64,000 nt of DNA, from the NCBI GenBank assembly GCA_048013815.1, contig CM106586.1, positions 16,616,001 through 16,680,000 of the forward strand, written 5' to 3'. The notes below the pieces were generated by a model that searched no databases, was not told where the DNA came from, and worked only from the letters and a program-made list of their open reading frames with translations. This DNA comes from Setoptus koraiensis. Taxonomy: Eukaryota > Animalia > Arthropoda. Position 1 is the first letter of the stretch. Every line of letters begins with the position of its first letter. The translations under genes were made by a program, and so were the position numbers. Positions 49,201-62,610 of the stretch are shown piece after piece.

Positions 49201-52200
49201 AGTTCGTCACTTTCGTCTGATTCAAGGCTGAATCTTTTAAGACAGCGGCAAACATCACCGTCACTATATGTGTGCCTTTTCTTTTGCTTGTGATAAGTCA
49301 GATATATTTGAAATTTGACTCTCAGCGCGCACCTTTGTCGCTGCTGCCTTGTAGTTAGCCTCAGTAATAAGTCCTCTTATTTATTTACCGCCAATACCAT
49401 CGCTCACAACATCTTTGACGTAAGAGGAAACGAATGGCATTCAATTATTCAATTTCTCTTGTCTGCCAAGTGCTTGCACCAACTGCACACTAATTGATTT
49501 GTTGTAGATGGGTGATTTGTTCACAATTATGTAATACAATATCTAAACTGATATACACTGATTACATGTACAGCTATCATGCTAACAACAATCTTACAAA
49601 CTATTTAACGTTTTACGCTTCATGTAGCATAAAATTTTCACAACATAACAACACTACCATCAATATTGTCATAGTTGTTTGAGTAGTTGCTTTCTAACCA
49701 TTTATTTTCATCTCCTTAAGGATACATCATCCCACCAGCCTCCCCCCCTCCTCTTAGTAGTTGCTGCTTTTTGTTCAGCTAAATATTGTCAACTTGTTCA
49801 CACAGGAAATGATATACTTGATTATCTAATTCTTGATTTATAATCAACTTAATAAGTAGTACTAGTTACTGATTCGTTAGCAGATAAGATTAGATAGAAG
49901 TTGCAAATGCTTGTTGTTCGCTAGTGTGTTTAGATAATACTATCAAGATAATCATCATTCTATTTAAATTAACAAGGATCCGTGTGTTAGTTAGAAATTA
50001 TGGTAATTTTGTCAGCGTCATCAGCGAGTATAATAAGTAGATTTGCAAGTTAATCCTGTCTGTCTGAATCTCGCCTAGTTAAAAGATAAGATAATCAAAA
50101 GTTTAGACTGTAGTTAAATTTTGAGTAGATAACTGAGATCATGACCTCGGCTAAATCACGTCACATGCTTTTGTGTGTTAGCATGCGGACTAGCTCATCA
50201 ATGAACAATGGTACATCACCAGTCGATATATTGTTTAGGCGCGCGATATAGGCATCTATCGACAACAAACGCCTGCGTATATAGGTAGCTCCTTGTTGTT
50301 GTGACTATGTGCGCGGTCTAACCAACCAGATTAGCGGCTTACAAGGGCGAGTTGGGCACCACTACAAGCAGAATTTATTATTATAGTGCAACGAGTTCTC
50401 TGTGTAATTATTGTTGTTGTGTAACAGCCATCATTATTATTATTCTTTCAATTCTATCTACGACTTTGTCATCGTTATGAACTGAACTTGTCTAATACGG
50501 CGACCCGCAACAACTATTGCCTGGCCTCATCGCACCACTAGTGCTCCAGCTAACCTCTCAATAAGAGCCATACAGAGAGAGGGAGAGAGAGAGAGATAGA
50601 GAGGCTGCTTCATTATTGAGAGCACCGTTCCCATATGACGATGACGTTTCTCTCCTAGATCTCAGTTTTAAACGCAAAACATTTTTGAACGTTCTCCAAA
50701 GATCTTTGTTCTTTCTGTTGCTACTGCGGTTCTCTCTCGCTCTTTCTTATTTTATCTGTTTGTGTCCTATAGTGGCTGATAAGTATTTCCACTTGGTTGA
50801 TTTGTTGTTGGCTGGTTTTCTAGTTTGACGCCTTTCTCCATTGCGCTCTCATTCTTTTGGTCTATCTGTGTGTCTGTCTTTCATCATCTATAGTGTATGT
50901 TATGTATTTTCTACAATTGCATGCCCCTTCTTTCCCTTCTACTACATAGCACAGTGAACATCCTCGATTTCGAAAATTCCCAACCACATCTAGTTGTTGC
51001 TGTTGTTGTAGGCCAATTTAAAAATTGTAACGTAGCTATCACATCACACTTTATCCAGAGCAGCAGCGGCAGCAGCAACAGCAACGTTCCTGCTCCTTGT
51101 TTGGCCTGCTCGCTGCCTCTGTTGGTTGTTTGACTTCAAGAAGAATAGAATAATATCCAATTCATAGAATTAACAACAACAACAATATATAGACAACAAC
51201 AGCAACTCTGGCCTGAACTCGACTATATATTTTCGTCTTCAAAAAACATTTAAAAATTCCCCTCTTTCGCATATCAACGCAGAGAAAGAGCGAGAGAGAG
51301 ACTATGGTGAATAGCAGTATGTGTGTGTTCGGAGTTCGATTTAGGAAGCCTATTTTGTTTTTCGCATCACATGGCAAACATGGGAGGAGGCTCTCATGGC
51401 TACATAGTCGTGGTGGTAGTAGTCATTGTTAGCTGGTCGCTCCAGTGCCTATCTCTCTGACAGTGCTCGGTGCAAACACTGCCGCTGCCGTTGTTGCTGT
51501 TGATCTCTCAGTGTTTTTTCTCATTATCTATTAAAAGTTCTATCTATCCTCTCGATGATTGACAGCTAGCGACAGAAACAACAACAACAACTACACATAT
51601 AAACTCTCTTGCTAATAACTATCAATGTATTCTTGTGTAGTGCTGTTGTTGTGCTGTTGAACGAATATATCAACTTTTCACTCGAGTTCCGCTGCCGTTG
51701 TTGTAGTTGCTAGTGTCGACTACTGGCTGGCCTTCATCGTTTGCACTGGCGGTGCTTGCACTATAATGGAGCGGCCACGAGTTGGACATATCCATGGTCC
51801 GGTGTGATTATGGTCATTATTGGCGTTGCTCACACTCGCTAGCTCACTCACATGCTTGCCATGGTTGGTGTGCCTTGTGCCACAACTGGCTGGCGCGGCC
51901 ACAACTAGCTGGCGTTGTGTCGTCGTCCGGCCGAGAAAGATAGGGCGAAATATTGTGGCCAATTTTGTGTTGCTATTGCCGCTGCTATAGTTGCTGTTGC
52001 CGCTGCTGCTGTCTATCATCATGATAATTATAATTACTGGAACGGCCAATATTATAACGAACTATGAAACTAGCAAAAATGAAGTGAGCGCTGGTGCTGT
52101 GTCCGACAGTTTGCCAGCCAGCAACGGCCAGCCAGCCGGCCGGCCGGCCAACACTGAATAAGTGCGAGCCTGACATGTATTGGGGATAGTTGGTAATAGT

Positions 52201-55200
52201 TAGCAATGGTTGCGAATAGTTTGAAATAATAATAATCTCTGGCATGGCAAGCAAAATGAAGCCTCTACGTTCCTCTTTGTTGTGACGCCGATTATAATGG
52301 CGCACACACACACACACACAACTGGCACAAATATGTATGTACGACTGGATGTTGTTGCCGTTGTTGGTTCAATCAAATTAAATTGCTTATTTGTTGCCGC
52401 TGCTATCAACTTATTATCAGCATAAGTGGCTCCAAAATATAAATGCTCGTCAACCACAATGCTCCTTGCCCAAAGAATGACCGACCGGCCGACATTGTTA
52501 GCTTATTGTTAGCTTGATGTTGGTTTATTATTGTCTTATTGGCCGGCAAATAATTGTGCATATTGTCTATTGTGGCCAGCTCCATTGTCTTGTTGCCTCT
52601 GCCTCTGACCCTTGTTCTCTCGCCACAAATCTCTGCATCTTTGCATGTGTCAAGTTGCTGGCAAATCTCTCTTGTGGCCGCTTCTTAAGTATTGCCAGGC
52701 TCGCGTCGTTGCTGCCGCTGTCCAACCGATCGGATTATGCTCGCCACAGCTCCGATAACTATAACTAGCTCACTTATAGGAATGCAAGCGAAATTCAAAT
52801 TTATAGGAATTTAATTTTAAGTAAATAATTGATTTCGTGTTCTTGTTTTTATTCAATAGATTCTTTTGTGTGCTAATGGCGATTATTTGTTAATTTGCAT
52901 GACTATTAATGCTATTACCATTTATTGATGGTGGCACCACGACAAGATGTGAATACAATGCAAATACAGCACGACGATGGTGCACGCGCAACAGTGTGCA
53001 CCCGATTCGGGCACAATTAACAATTGTAAGCGGTGCGTTAGTTCGAAATGGTGCACGCCGGGCGCACCAAATCGCATCGGCTACGTTGGCTACGCGGGCG
53101 CCAGGTCAAGTTCAATGTCGATGCGAGGCGGTGCATCATTGTCACGATGCACCATTCGCGCGCTGCATAACCCTGGGTGCCGGGGTGAAAGAGGACAACA
53201 GAACGGGGCCACAGAGAGGCGACCCCGTTTTGCCCGTTTTTCGGAGTAACCCCATCACTCGAAATGTTTGCGCCTGTCAGCATGATTAGTCGCATAATGA
53301 GACTCTCTTTTGTTCTCTCAAATTTCGCGCTCCGCAAATCAATTGGAGAGGTGCCGATCACGTGCTTGCAAACTCGTCGTAATCTCAATTCGAGAATCTC
53401 GAGATTATTGAGGCACAAATCCGTTTCCCGTGATACATCCATGCATCTCTAGTGGGATTTATTTATCTATTTCGCAACTCGTCGATGAGCATCATCACAA
53501 CGTTTTGGATCGGAAACAAACTGGATCAGGCGGAGAAAAAAAGAATAACAATGGCATTTGGTGCGACTATTGTCAACAATGCAACGACTTGTGAGGAAGG
53601 CAACAAGGCATGTGAATGTCAGCAATTTGAACGCGCCAATTAGGAGAAATGATGAATAATGCAAACTTGTTACTTTACAACGAGAGTCAAGTTTTTACTT
53701 TTAACTCGTTCAATTAATCCCTCAACGACTGTGACTCAATGTGCCAACATTGAACATTTACCACTCTAGTGCGGCTCATCCATCTCGTGTCGTCGTTATC
53801 ACCAAGGAATGCGCGCTCCATTTAATCGTTAATTAGACTGGTTGCATGAAATTGGTTTGTTAATGAATTGTAATCATGCCCAATTGGCGTCATTGCCACT
53901 ACTGGCACATTGAGTATGCTATGGCAATGGTAGCGATCGTATGATTCGCATGATGAATAGTATCGCAGCTATATATCGCGTTGCTGATGTGCTCATGCGA
54001 CTCGCAAAGCAAGCAAGAAAGCAAGCAAGCAAGCACTGCGATTAATAAGACGACAACAACAACAACAACAATAATAATTCTTAATGATGTGCATCCTATT
54101 GGTGTTAACATGGCAGCTTCAATAATGATGCTCGTTTTAGAGTTTTAATTCGCAAAATCGCACAAACAAACAAACTGCTCAGACAACTTTGGATGCTAGT
54201 CGACGGATATTAGCGTCATCCGCATCGCATAAACAAGGGGCTGAACAAGAACAAACAAGCGACTACTGTGTGAGAGGATGCTCGCAGACGCGCACTGGCT
54301 GGCGAACACTGGAAACAGACGAACGGCACTGGCAATTGTCGAAAACTCTACTAAATCCAGCGGCAGCAGCTCGGATATTTAGCAACATAGTTAGTGGCTT
54401 TGGTAGCCATGAGAGAGAGAGAGAGAGAGAGATAATAGCTGAGAGATTGCATCAAGTGCATGGGGCAGACTGAAGAATCTAGCGAACACAAACAACAAGC
54501 CAACAACTAGGCATTAGTGGTCGTCGCTGTTTGGTATCGTCGCGATGATCGTCGTAAGTAATAGTTTCATCACATCATAGGAGCGAATGTTTCTTTAAAA
54601 GTTTCTCATTCTCTTATCGCAGTCGTCGTCGTAGTCATTTTTTGATGGCTTCCTTGTGTAGCTGAATTATAGCCAGAAACAAGTATATAACTACGTCCAT
54701 TACATGTTTCAATCACTTTGTGACTCATCACGACGACGACTACCGAGATGATGGTCGTCGTTTGTCGTATGGCTGCTACTTTTGCTTTTTCGCTGGCCGT
54801 CGCTGCTGCTGTTGCTGTTGTGTCTGTTGTTGCAGTTCGCGTACAGTTGTTGTTGCTGCTGTCGGTTTGTGCCGGCCAGAGATTCCCGACAGAAACAAGC
54901 GGCCAGCGTTCGGCCGGCCAATTCGGTGTGTGAACCGTGGGTCGTTGCGTATGCAATTATACGCTCAAACAGGCAAATGATGTGGTGCAAATGAATATAA
55001 ATTGGACTTGGCCGCTCGTTTCTGGCGTCCACTTGTTGTTGCTGTTGTTGTTGCTGTTGTTGTTGTGAGACTGCAACGAGTGGCCATCGATATTGGCCGA
55101 ACAGTGTTCATGCGAGCGGTGGACATCATAATCAACATGACTGCACTTGGTGTGCTCGGCCGACCATGCTCGTCGCCGTTGCATGTTGTTGAATATGTTG

Positions 55201-57904
55201 CGCATGTTGTGCCCGGCGAGCGTGATGATACAATGTCCATCACGACCTAATCAAATGCAGCAAACCGCTCAAACTGGCCGAAGCGCTGCCGCCTAAACTG
55301 CAACGACCGGTCAAGCGGACGAGACGCCGCTCGCCGAAATTGTGAGCGCCGTCACGAGCTAGACGAGCGACGAATCACGTCGCTCGGGCCGGCCGACCAA
55401 CGGAGCACGCTTGTTTGTTGTTGTTGTTGTTGTTGCTGATGTTGTTGTTGTTGTTGCTGATGTTGTTGTCGTTGTTGGCACAAACGGAGCGCGATCGGGC
55501 ACAAACAGGGCGCACAGCGGCTCGGGCAGGCGCATTTGCATGCCGGTGTTCAGTTTCGTCGGGCGACCTTCATTAGGCGCCCCCGATCGTGGCCCCGCTC
55601 GCTCACCTGTTGCCCTGCGCTCACGGCAGCGAGTGCTTGCGAGCACCGACCGAAGAGGGCGCCCCGCTTGTCGGCCAGCGCCGATTGTTGTAATTGTTGT
55701 TGTTGTCGTTTTCGTTGCTGTTGTTGTTGTCGTTGTCGTCGTCGTCGCCGCTGTTACCTGTGTGGTCAGGTACTCTGGCTGGGCGTTGTCGGCGTTGCTC
55801 GTCCATGCTAATCCACGCTAATCCGGCCAGCTCGCACTCCGGCCATCGCCAGAGTAACGATGCTGCCGCCTCACAATGGCGTATGGCACACATCGCAATA
55901 CACACACACATTACAATGAGTGCCACAATGAGCCTCACCTGGCCAAAACGCTCAGGTGAGCCGTTTGTCAGGTGCGTCAGCGTTCGAGCGGCGGGACACA
56001 CGCAGGCATGGGCGCGGTTGCAAGCTTGCGCCTGCCGCCGCCGCCGCCGCTGATGATGATGATCTAATCATCGTTCTATCAATCACCGGCGCTCTTGGCA
56101 TTGTTGTTGTGCGAGCAACGTAACAACATGTTTGCGTTGCTCGCATCTCGAGCTATCGGTCGGTGTTGTTGCTGCCGCTGGCCGGTCGCTGGCGCCATCG
56201 CAGGCCAGTTGTTAGTAGGCAGTTGTTGTTGCGCAATCAATTATCGCGCAATAATTAGCGCGATAATTGATGCGCGCCGATCGGCTCCGCACGCCGTGGG
56301 CCCGCAGTGGGCGCATCAGCGACAACTCGCCCGATAGCCCGCCCGATAGCTCACCTGGCTGCTGTTGCATCGCTCGGCGCGCTGTTGAGACCGCACCGCC
56401 GCCGCCGACCGGCCGGCCGGCCGACCGACCGACCAACTTGACCGTCGACTGGCCATCAGCGCGACAACGGTCCGGCCGGCCAGGCCGTTGCGTAACGTTG
56501 CACAAACACACATGTACACATGTTAGCGCCATGCAACACATCGCACCGTTTATGCGGCGTTGCGCAACATGCGGCGGCCATCGGTCGGGTGTCGCCACTG
56601 TCCGGTTGCGGCTGTCCGGTCGCGTCACACCGTGTCGCTCGCCTGCCAACAGCGCCCATATCACACACACACACAACAGTATAAACAGTGTATTATGTAA
56701 TGTTATGTAATGTTATATTGTATTATTGCGACGATTGTATTAGTGCGGCGATCGCATCAACGACGACGCTGCGCATTAACGACCATGTTGCGCAATTCGC
56801 CGGCCGGCCGGCCGGCCGACAGGGACAACAATGCGACGAGTGGCGGCGCCCAATCAAATCAAGAGTTGTTGTTGGCCGCGTGATTGATTGGAGCCGCTTC
56901 TGGCTCCGATTTGCGACTCGCCGCACCGCGCCGCGCCGGCACCCTGGCCTCCCGCGCCGCCTTAAATGGGCAAACCGCAGCCACTAGAGCGAATCGTGTC
57001 ATTGTTGATGGTCACTCTTAATGTTGCTTTGTCTCTCTCGCTCGTGGGCATTGTGTTGCGCATTGGCGCTGGCCATTTAATTGTTTGCCTGTTGTTGGCG
57101 GCCGCAAACTGCGTCCGACTTTGCCGCGGTGAGACTCTCACCGCGGCAAAGTCGCCCGTTCGCTCAGCGCGACCGGGCGAGCGCTCACCTTGAGCGCGGT
57201 GCTGCCGACGGACGCGACTACATGCGAACACATTATCATAATCATAATTAACATCTTCTTTAGAGCGGCTCGCTGCGGCCAGTCGCCGGCTATTTATTAT
57301 CGGCCTGTTGCTGTTGTCGTGGCTGTTGTTGCTGCCGCTGTTGCCGGCCTGGCTCGGCAGCGGCCCAACGCAACAATGGTCACTTGTTGTTGGTCGCTGG
57401 CCAAACAACAATCATAATAAATAGCAAACTTATTCATGCGACTGGCCGCGCTCGATGATGTAACTAAATTCCTCGAATGCTCATTATTGTTGCTGTGGTA
57501 TTTGCGCCGGCCGGCAGCGCATTGTCTGTAGCTCGTCTCGTCGTTGATTGTCCCTGTCAATGCGGCCGAGTCTCTTGTTGGGAGTTTGCCCACGCCACGA
57601 CGACCGGTCAATTAAACGGTTGCCCGGCGCGCCTGATTGACCGCTCGCTCGCTTTGCCGGCGCCTAATTGAGCGACCGCTGACGCAACACTCCGGCCGCT
57701 TGCCGTGTCCAGCGGTCCGATGACCAACAATCGAACCGATGACCAATGGCCCAGCCGACGACTTGTGATCGAGCAATCGATGTGAGCGCCCATCGCGCCG
57801 TCAGTGCGCGTCATTGCGTCGTTGGGTCATAGCGTCTTGGCGTCGTTGCGTCCTCGGGCGACCACGGCGAGTAGCCGTGATCCGAGCGGCCCGGCCGATT
57901 TGAG

Positions 57905-57978
57905 TGACGCAAGTGACGCAAGTGATGCAAGTGACGCAAGTGACGCGATTGCATCAGGCAAGTGACGCGATTGCGTCA
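57905..57978. promoter_or_regulatory. Homotypic cluster of TGA(C/T)GCAA bZIP (C/EBP-ATF composite)-like sites in a 9-bp tandem repeat
   Basis: TGACGCAA at 57905, 57914 and 57932, TGATGCAA at 57923, and reverse-strand ATTGCATCA (57948) and ATTGCGTCA (57970). The repeat itself is certain; its regulatory role is inferred. Confidence 0.35.
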
Positions 57979-58449
57979 GGCAACAATGCAACGATTGTGC
58001 GCCGGCCAGAGGTCAAGCCAGGCCCGACTATGTCAAACGCTGGCGGTGGCACCCACTTCTCACCTGTGCCACCAGTCCAGTAATGACTCTGGCACAGGTA
58101 ACAAGTGCGGCCCGAGTGGTGGTACAGGCGACAGCCGGCCAGCACATTACGTAATCGTTATTATGTGTTGTTATTATTATTATTATTATTCTAAACCTGT
58201 GAACGACTCTTGCGCTTGCAACCGCCGCCTGGTTACGTAAGAGCTGCTTACGTGAGACACTATGCAGCAGCGTGCGGCAATCACTGCTGTTGGCTAGCGT
58301 GACCAGAGCTCATTATCAGCCAAGATGCCGGCCAGACCGCCGCTGTCGTGGTGTTGGTCAAGCCAATCGGGTATCGCATGGCAGCAATTGTTACAGGTGC
58401 CACCGACACCGTGACAAACGGCCTGCCCTTGATACTGGATCGACGATGC

Positions 58450-58519
58450 CGATGGTGCACCATCGATGGTGCAGCGTCAATGGTGCAGGGCCGATGGTGC
58501 AGCATCGATGGTGCAGTGG
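58450..58519. repeat. 14-bp tandem repeat x5 (CGATGGTGCAGCAT-like)
   Basis: Units at 58450, 58464, 58478, 58492 and 58506. The palindrome GATGGTGCACCATC spans the first unit. Confidence 0.9.
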
Positions 58520-60150
58520 CATTATTATTGTTGCGTTCGAGCTTATTGCAGCGCAGCGCTCAAATCGTTGGCTGACCGCTGACCGCTGGCCGAACGCCGC
58601 CGATCGGCGCCAATAATTGGCGTTTAATAATTGGCGCGCGCCCACTAATGGCCGCCGAGCAGTTTGGCCGGGCCGGGCCGGCGGCGCTGGCCAATGGTTT
58701 GGTTGTCGACAATTTGCGACGCAAGCACCCGCGCGCGACACATCGCAATCGGCAGTGGCAGTGGCAACAGTCGCACGACGCAGCGAGCGCCTCTGCCGGC
58801 CGCCCGAGCACAACAGGTGAGTCGCAATCCGAACAGGTGAGCCGGCGCAACAATGACGACAACAACGGCAGCAACAGCAGCAACAACGACAACAGCGACA
58901 ACAGCGACAACGACAACAGGTGACATGGGCGAATAAACGGCGCGCTTGCGGCGACAACAGCGCAGGCATCCCGAGAATCGCCGAGTGGCCATGCGAGCAC
59001 GCAGCCAGGAATTCGGCCATTGTTGTCCGGTCACATTCCTCGGCCGGCCGATTGCCGCTGGACACAGCAGCGACACAATGGCCACCGAGCAGCCGGCGGC
59101 CAGCGGTCAGTGTCAATGCCAGCCGAGAGCCGAGCAAGAAGCGAGAAGCCAGAAGCCAGAAAGAAGCGAGAAGCCAGAAAGGAGCGAGAAAAAAGTCGCA
59201 CAGGCGAAAAGAAGGCGCCAATCAGGGGACTGAGACAATGCCCATGCCAGCGGCACACAGTCAATCACTGCAACCTTGTTACGTCACACATTGTGCGATA
59301 AGACAAGCTCGTCAATTGTTACGTAACAAGCAATTACTGTGATACTGTGATCGCACACAGTGCAAACTTTGCACTCCAAAGGGCGACCGGACAGACAATT
59401 GGGGACGCATTGCGATGATATTGTTTTAGTTTTTATTTTATCTAACGTGTGTGTGTGTGTGTGTGTGTTGTTATTGTTGTTGTTGTTGCTATATTACATT
59501 GCGTCGATGAGTCGTCGTCTTGTTGTTGCCGAGTCTCGCCGGTCGTCGTTAGTTTGCCCAATGTGTAAACTTGGCTCAACAAAGTTTGTCGTGTGTGTGT
59601 GTGTGTGCGTGTTTGTTTGTGGTGGTCATTGAGTCATTTTCAGTTATCACAACGCACACACACACACACACACACCTTGCAAAGTTGTGGTTGTTGCGCA
59701 ATTTGTCGGCGGCGGCAGCGGCGAGTGTGGCCTAAACGACGACTTCAATTGGTCAGCTGTCTCTCTCGGGTTCTTGATACATTGTGTAACGTTGTTGCAC
59801 CAAGAGTGTTCGTGTGTATTTGTCGATAGTTGTTGTAGTGTGTGTGTGTGTGTAGTGGTAGTTGATAGGAATCCATCGTTGGTCAGACATGTGTCGTTGT
59901 AGCTATTTGTAGTTGTCGTTGTTGTTGCTTGCCCCCCGTCCCATGGAGTGAGATTGGATGAGAGGGGGGCCGAGATTCACCTGTTGTGTGTGTGTGTAGT
60001 TCGTTGTTTGTGGTGTCTAGTTTTCGAATGAATCATTTCTTCCGCTAGTGTGTGTGTGTGTGTGTGTGTGCGTTATTTACGAATGTGATTGTGTCGTATG
60101 ATCCTTTGCGATTCAATTGTGTGCCTATGCTCTATTTTTATCATTATGTA

Positions 60151-60151
<1 letters not shown>

Positions 60152-60185
<34 letters not shown>
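60152..60185. repeat. (TG)17 microsatellite, one of many GT tracts at 59.4-60.9 kb
   Basis: Read directly. Confidence 0.95.
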
Positions 60186-60186
<1 letters not shown>

Positions 60187-61320
60187 CAAAAATCAATCAA
60201 CTTTTAAAAAGAAACTGTACATATATTTACACACAATATAATGGATGATGCCGCTTGTATGATGTCATGTCATGGCGAGCGTTTCAGTGGCGCCAAGCCG
60301 GCAAGCGCAACAAATGCCTGTTGTTGTTGTTGTTGTTGTTGTTGTGTAACAATTGTTACGCAACAATGTCGACGCACTTGTTACCATACACACGGGCAGT
60401 TGCCGTCAACAGACAGTGATGAGCCACATATGACACAATTGACTTTATAGGCAAACCGTGGTATGCCGTGGCGTATCATACACACACTGTGCATGTGTGT
60501 GGCGCGCCCTATAAACTTGCTGTTGTTGTTGTTGCTGTTGTTGTTGTTGCCGTTGTTGTTTGTTGTCGACGGTGGCGCCACGCTCACTTCACCTGTGTCA
60601 GTGGTGCCCCCATTGTTGGCCCGCTGTTCGTGTCAGCTGTTTGCGTGGGACAATGGCCCCAGTGGTTGATTGAATGGACCCAGCCAACAGGTGAGCTAGT
60701 TAGACAGACAAAGGTTGTGACATTTAAAGAATTGATATTTGTTGTTCGTCGTTGTTCATTCATCATCCTGTTGATTGTTGTTGTTGTTGTTGTTGTTGCT
60801 GTGGTTGTTGTTGTTGTATCGTTGTTAAGTGCTGATTATTGGCTTGTTGTATGTGTTGTTCATGTGTGCATGTTTATAGTGTGCGTGTGTGTGTGTGTGT
60901 GTGTGTTGGTGTGTGTGTTGGCGTGTGTGTTCTTGTATTCACAGAGACACACTTACACAACACACAGTGTAGTCAAGCATGTGCGCTAATCACGATTCAC
61001 GGAATAACTGTCCGACCCGTCAGAGGAGTATCCCTGCTTAGTGTCGCATTCACAATTCATAATTTATAATTCATAATTCATAATAAGGATAATAATAATG
61101 ATAATTTGGCTAATTAGATATACGCTCTATAGATAGTGTTGCGCTGATTGGCGACAAATCGCTAGCTCAGGCATGATCAACTCGACTATTCATTGTCACA
61201 ATTGTCATTATTCATTGTGATTCTCGATCGATTGTCACCGATTGTCAACTCATTGTCACAATTTGGTAGCCAATTGAGTCAATGTTGGGGCCGCCATTGT
61301 TGCAATGGACAGGTACTCAC

Positions 61321-62218
<898 letters not shown>

Positions 62219-62316
62219 CTGTTGGTCGTTTCGAAAGGGGATTTATGCCCATTTATCCACGGGGCCAATCGATGCCCATTTATCCATGGGGCCAATTTAT
62301 CCGTGGGGCCAATTTA

Positions 62317-62610
62317 GCCATGGGGCCAACGGGGCAGTTTGAGCCAATTGGCGTTCGAGCAATTTGCGCAATATGCACGATTTGTGCAGTTTGATTTGTG
62401 TGCGATTGTCGCCATTTTTGCCATTTTTGCGATTGTCGCCATTTTTGCGATTGTCGCCATTGTGGCCGGTGACCGTGAGCACGTGGGAGAGGGTGGGAGG
62501 CGGTGGGAGAGAGGAGAGTTTCGGGTTATTGTCGGTTCATTGCAATAATTGTGACGCCATTGCCGGCAGGTGGTACGGGCACGGGCACAGCGAGCGAGCG
62601 GCCATTGTGA
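62317..62610. promoter_or_regulatory. Polycomb response element-like motif cluster in the exd intron (GCCAT x7, GAGAG, GC-box-like)
   Basis: GCCAT at 62317, 62411, 62420, 62438, 62456, 62556 and 62601 (three as GCCATTTT), and GAGAG motifs at 62487-62518. Part of the cluster comes from an 18-bp tandem triplication. Confidence 0.35.

Noticed and set aside
50134-50156. bantam-like seed (TGAGATCA)
   Set aside because: The upstream sequence pairs poorly, so there is no precursor fold.
53045-53230. SRP RNA or RNase MRP (GCCGGGCGC, CAGGTCAA, AACGGGGC fragments)
   Set aside because: The motifs are in the wrong order for SRP and there is no upstream GAAAGUCCCC P4 partner for MRP.
60620-60700. Possible terminal exd exon (LTCWLGPFNQPLGPLSHANS*) after a CTAG acceptor
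   Set aside because: The phase fits, but the acceptor is weak and the peptide has no similarity to known Exd C-termini. It needs transcript evidence.
43225-60989. Dense ORF calls across the exd desert, and in 62.3-64 kb
   Set aside because: They are translations of simple repeats (poly-V, poly-N, poly-C, RA-rich) with no family motifs. PBC-A sequence (MRLDNML, PEKGGG) was looked for upstream of 62218 and not found.
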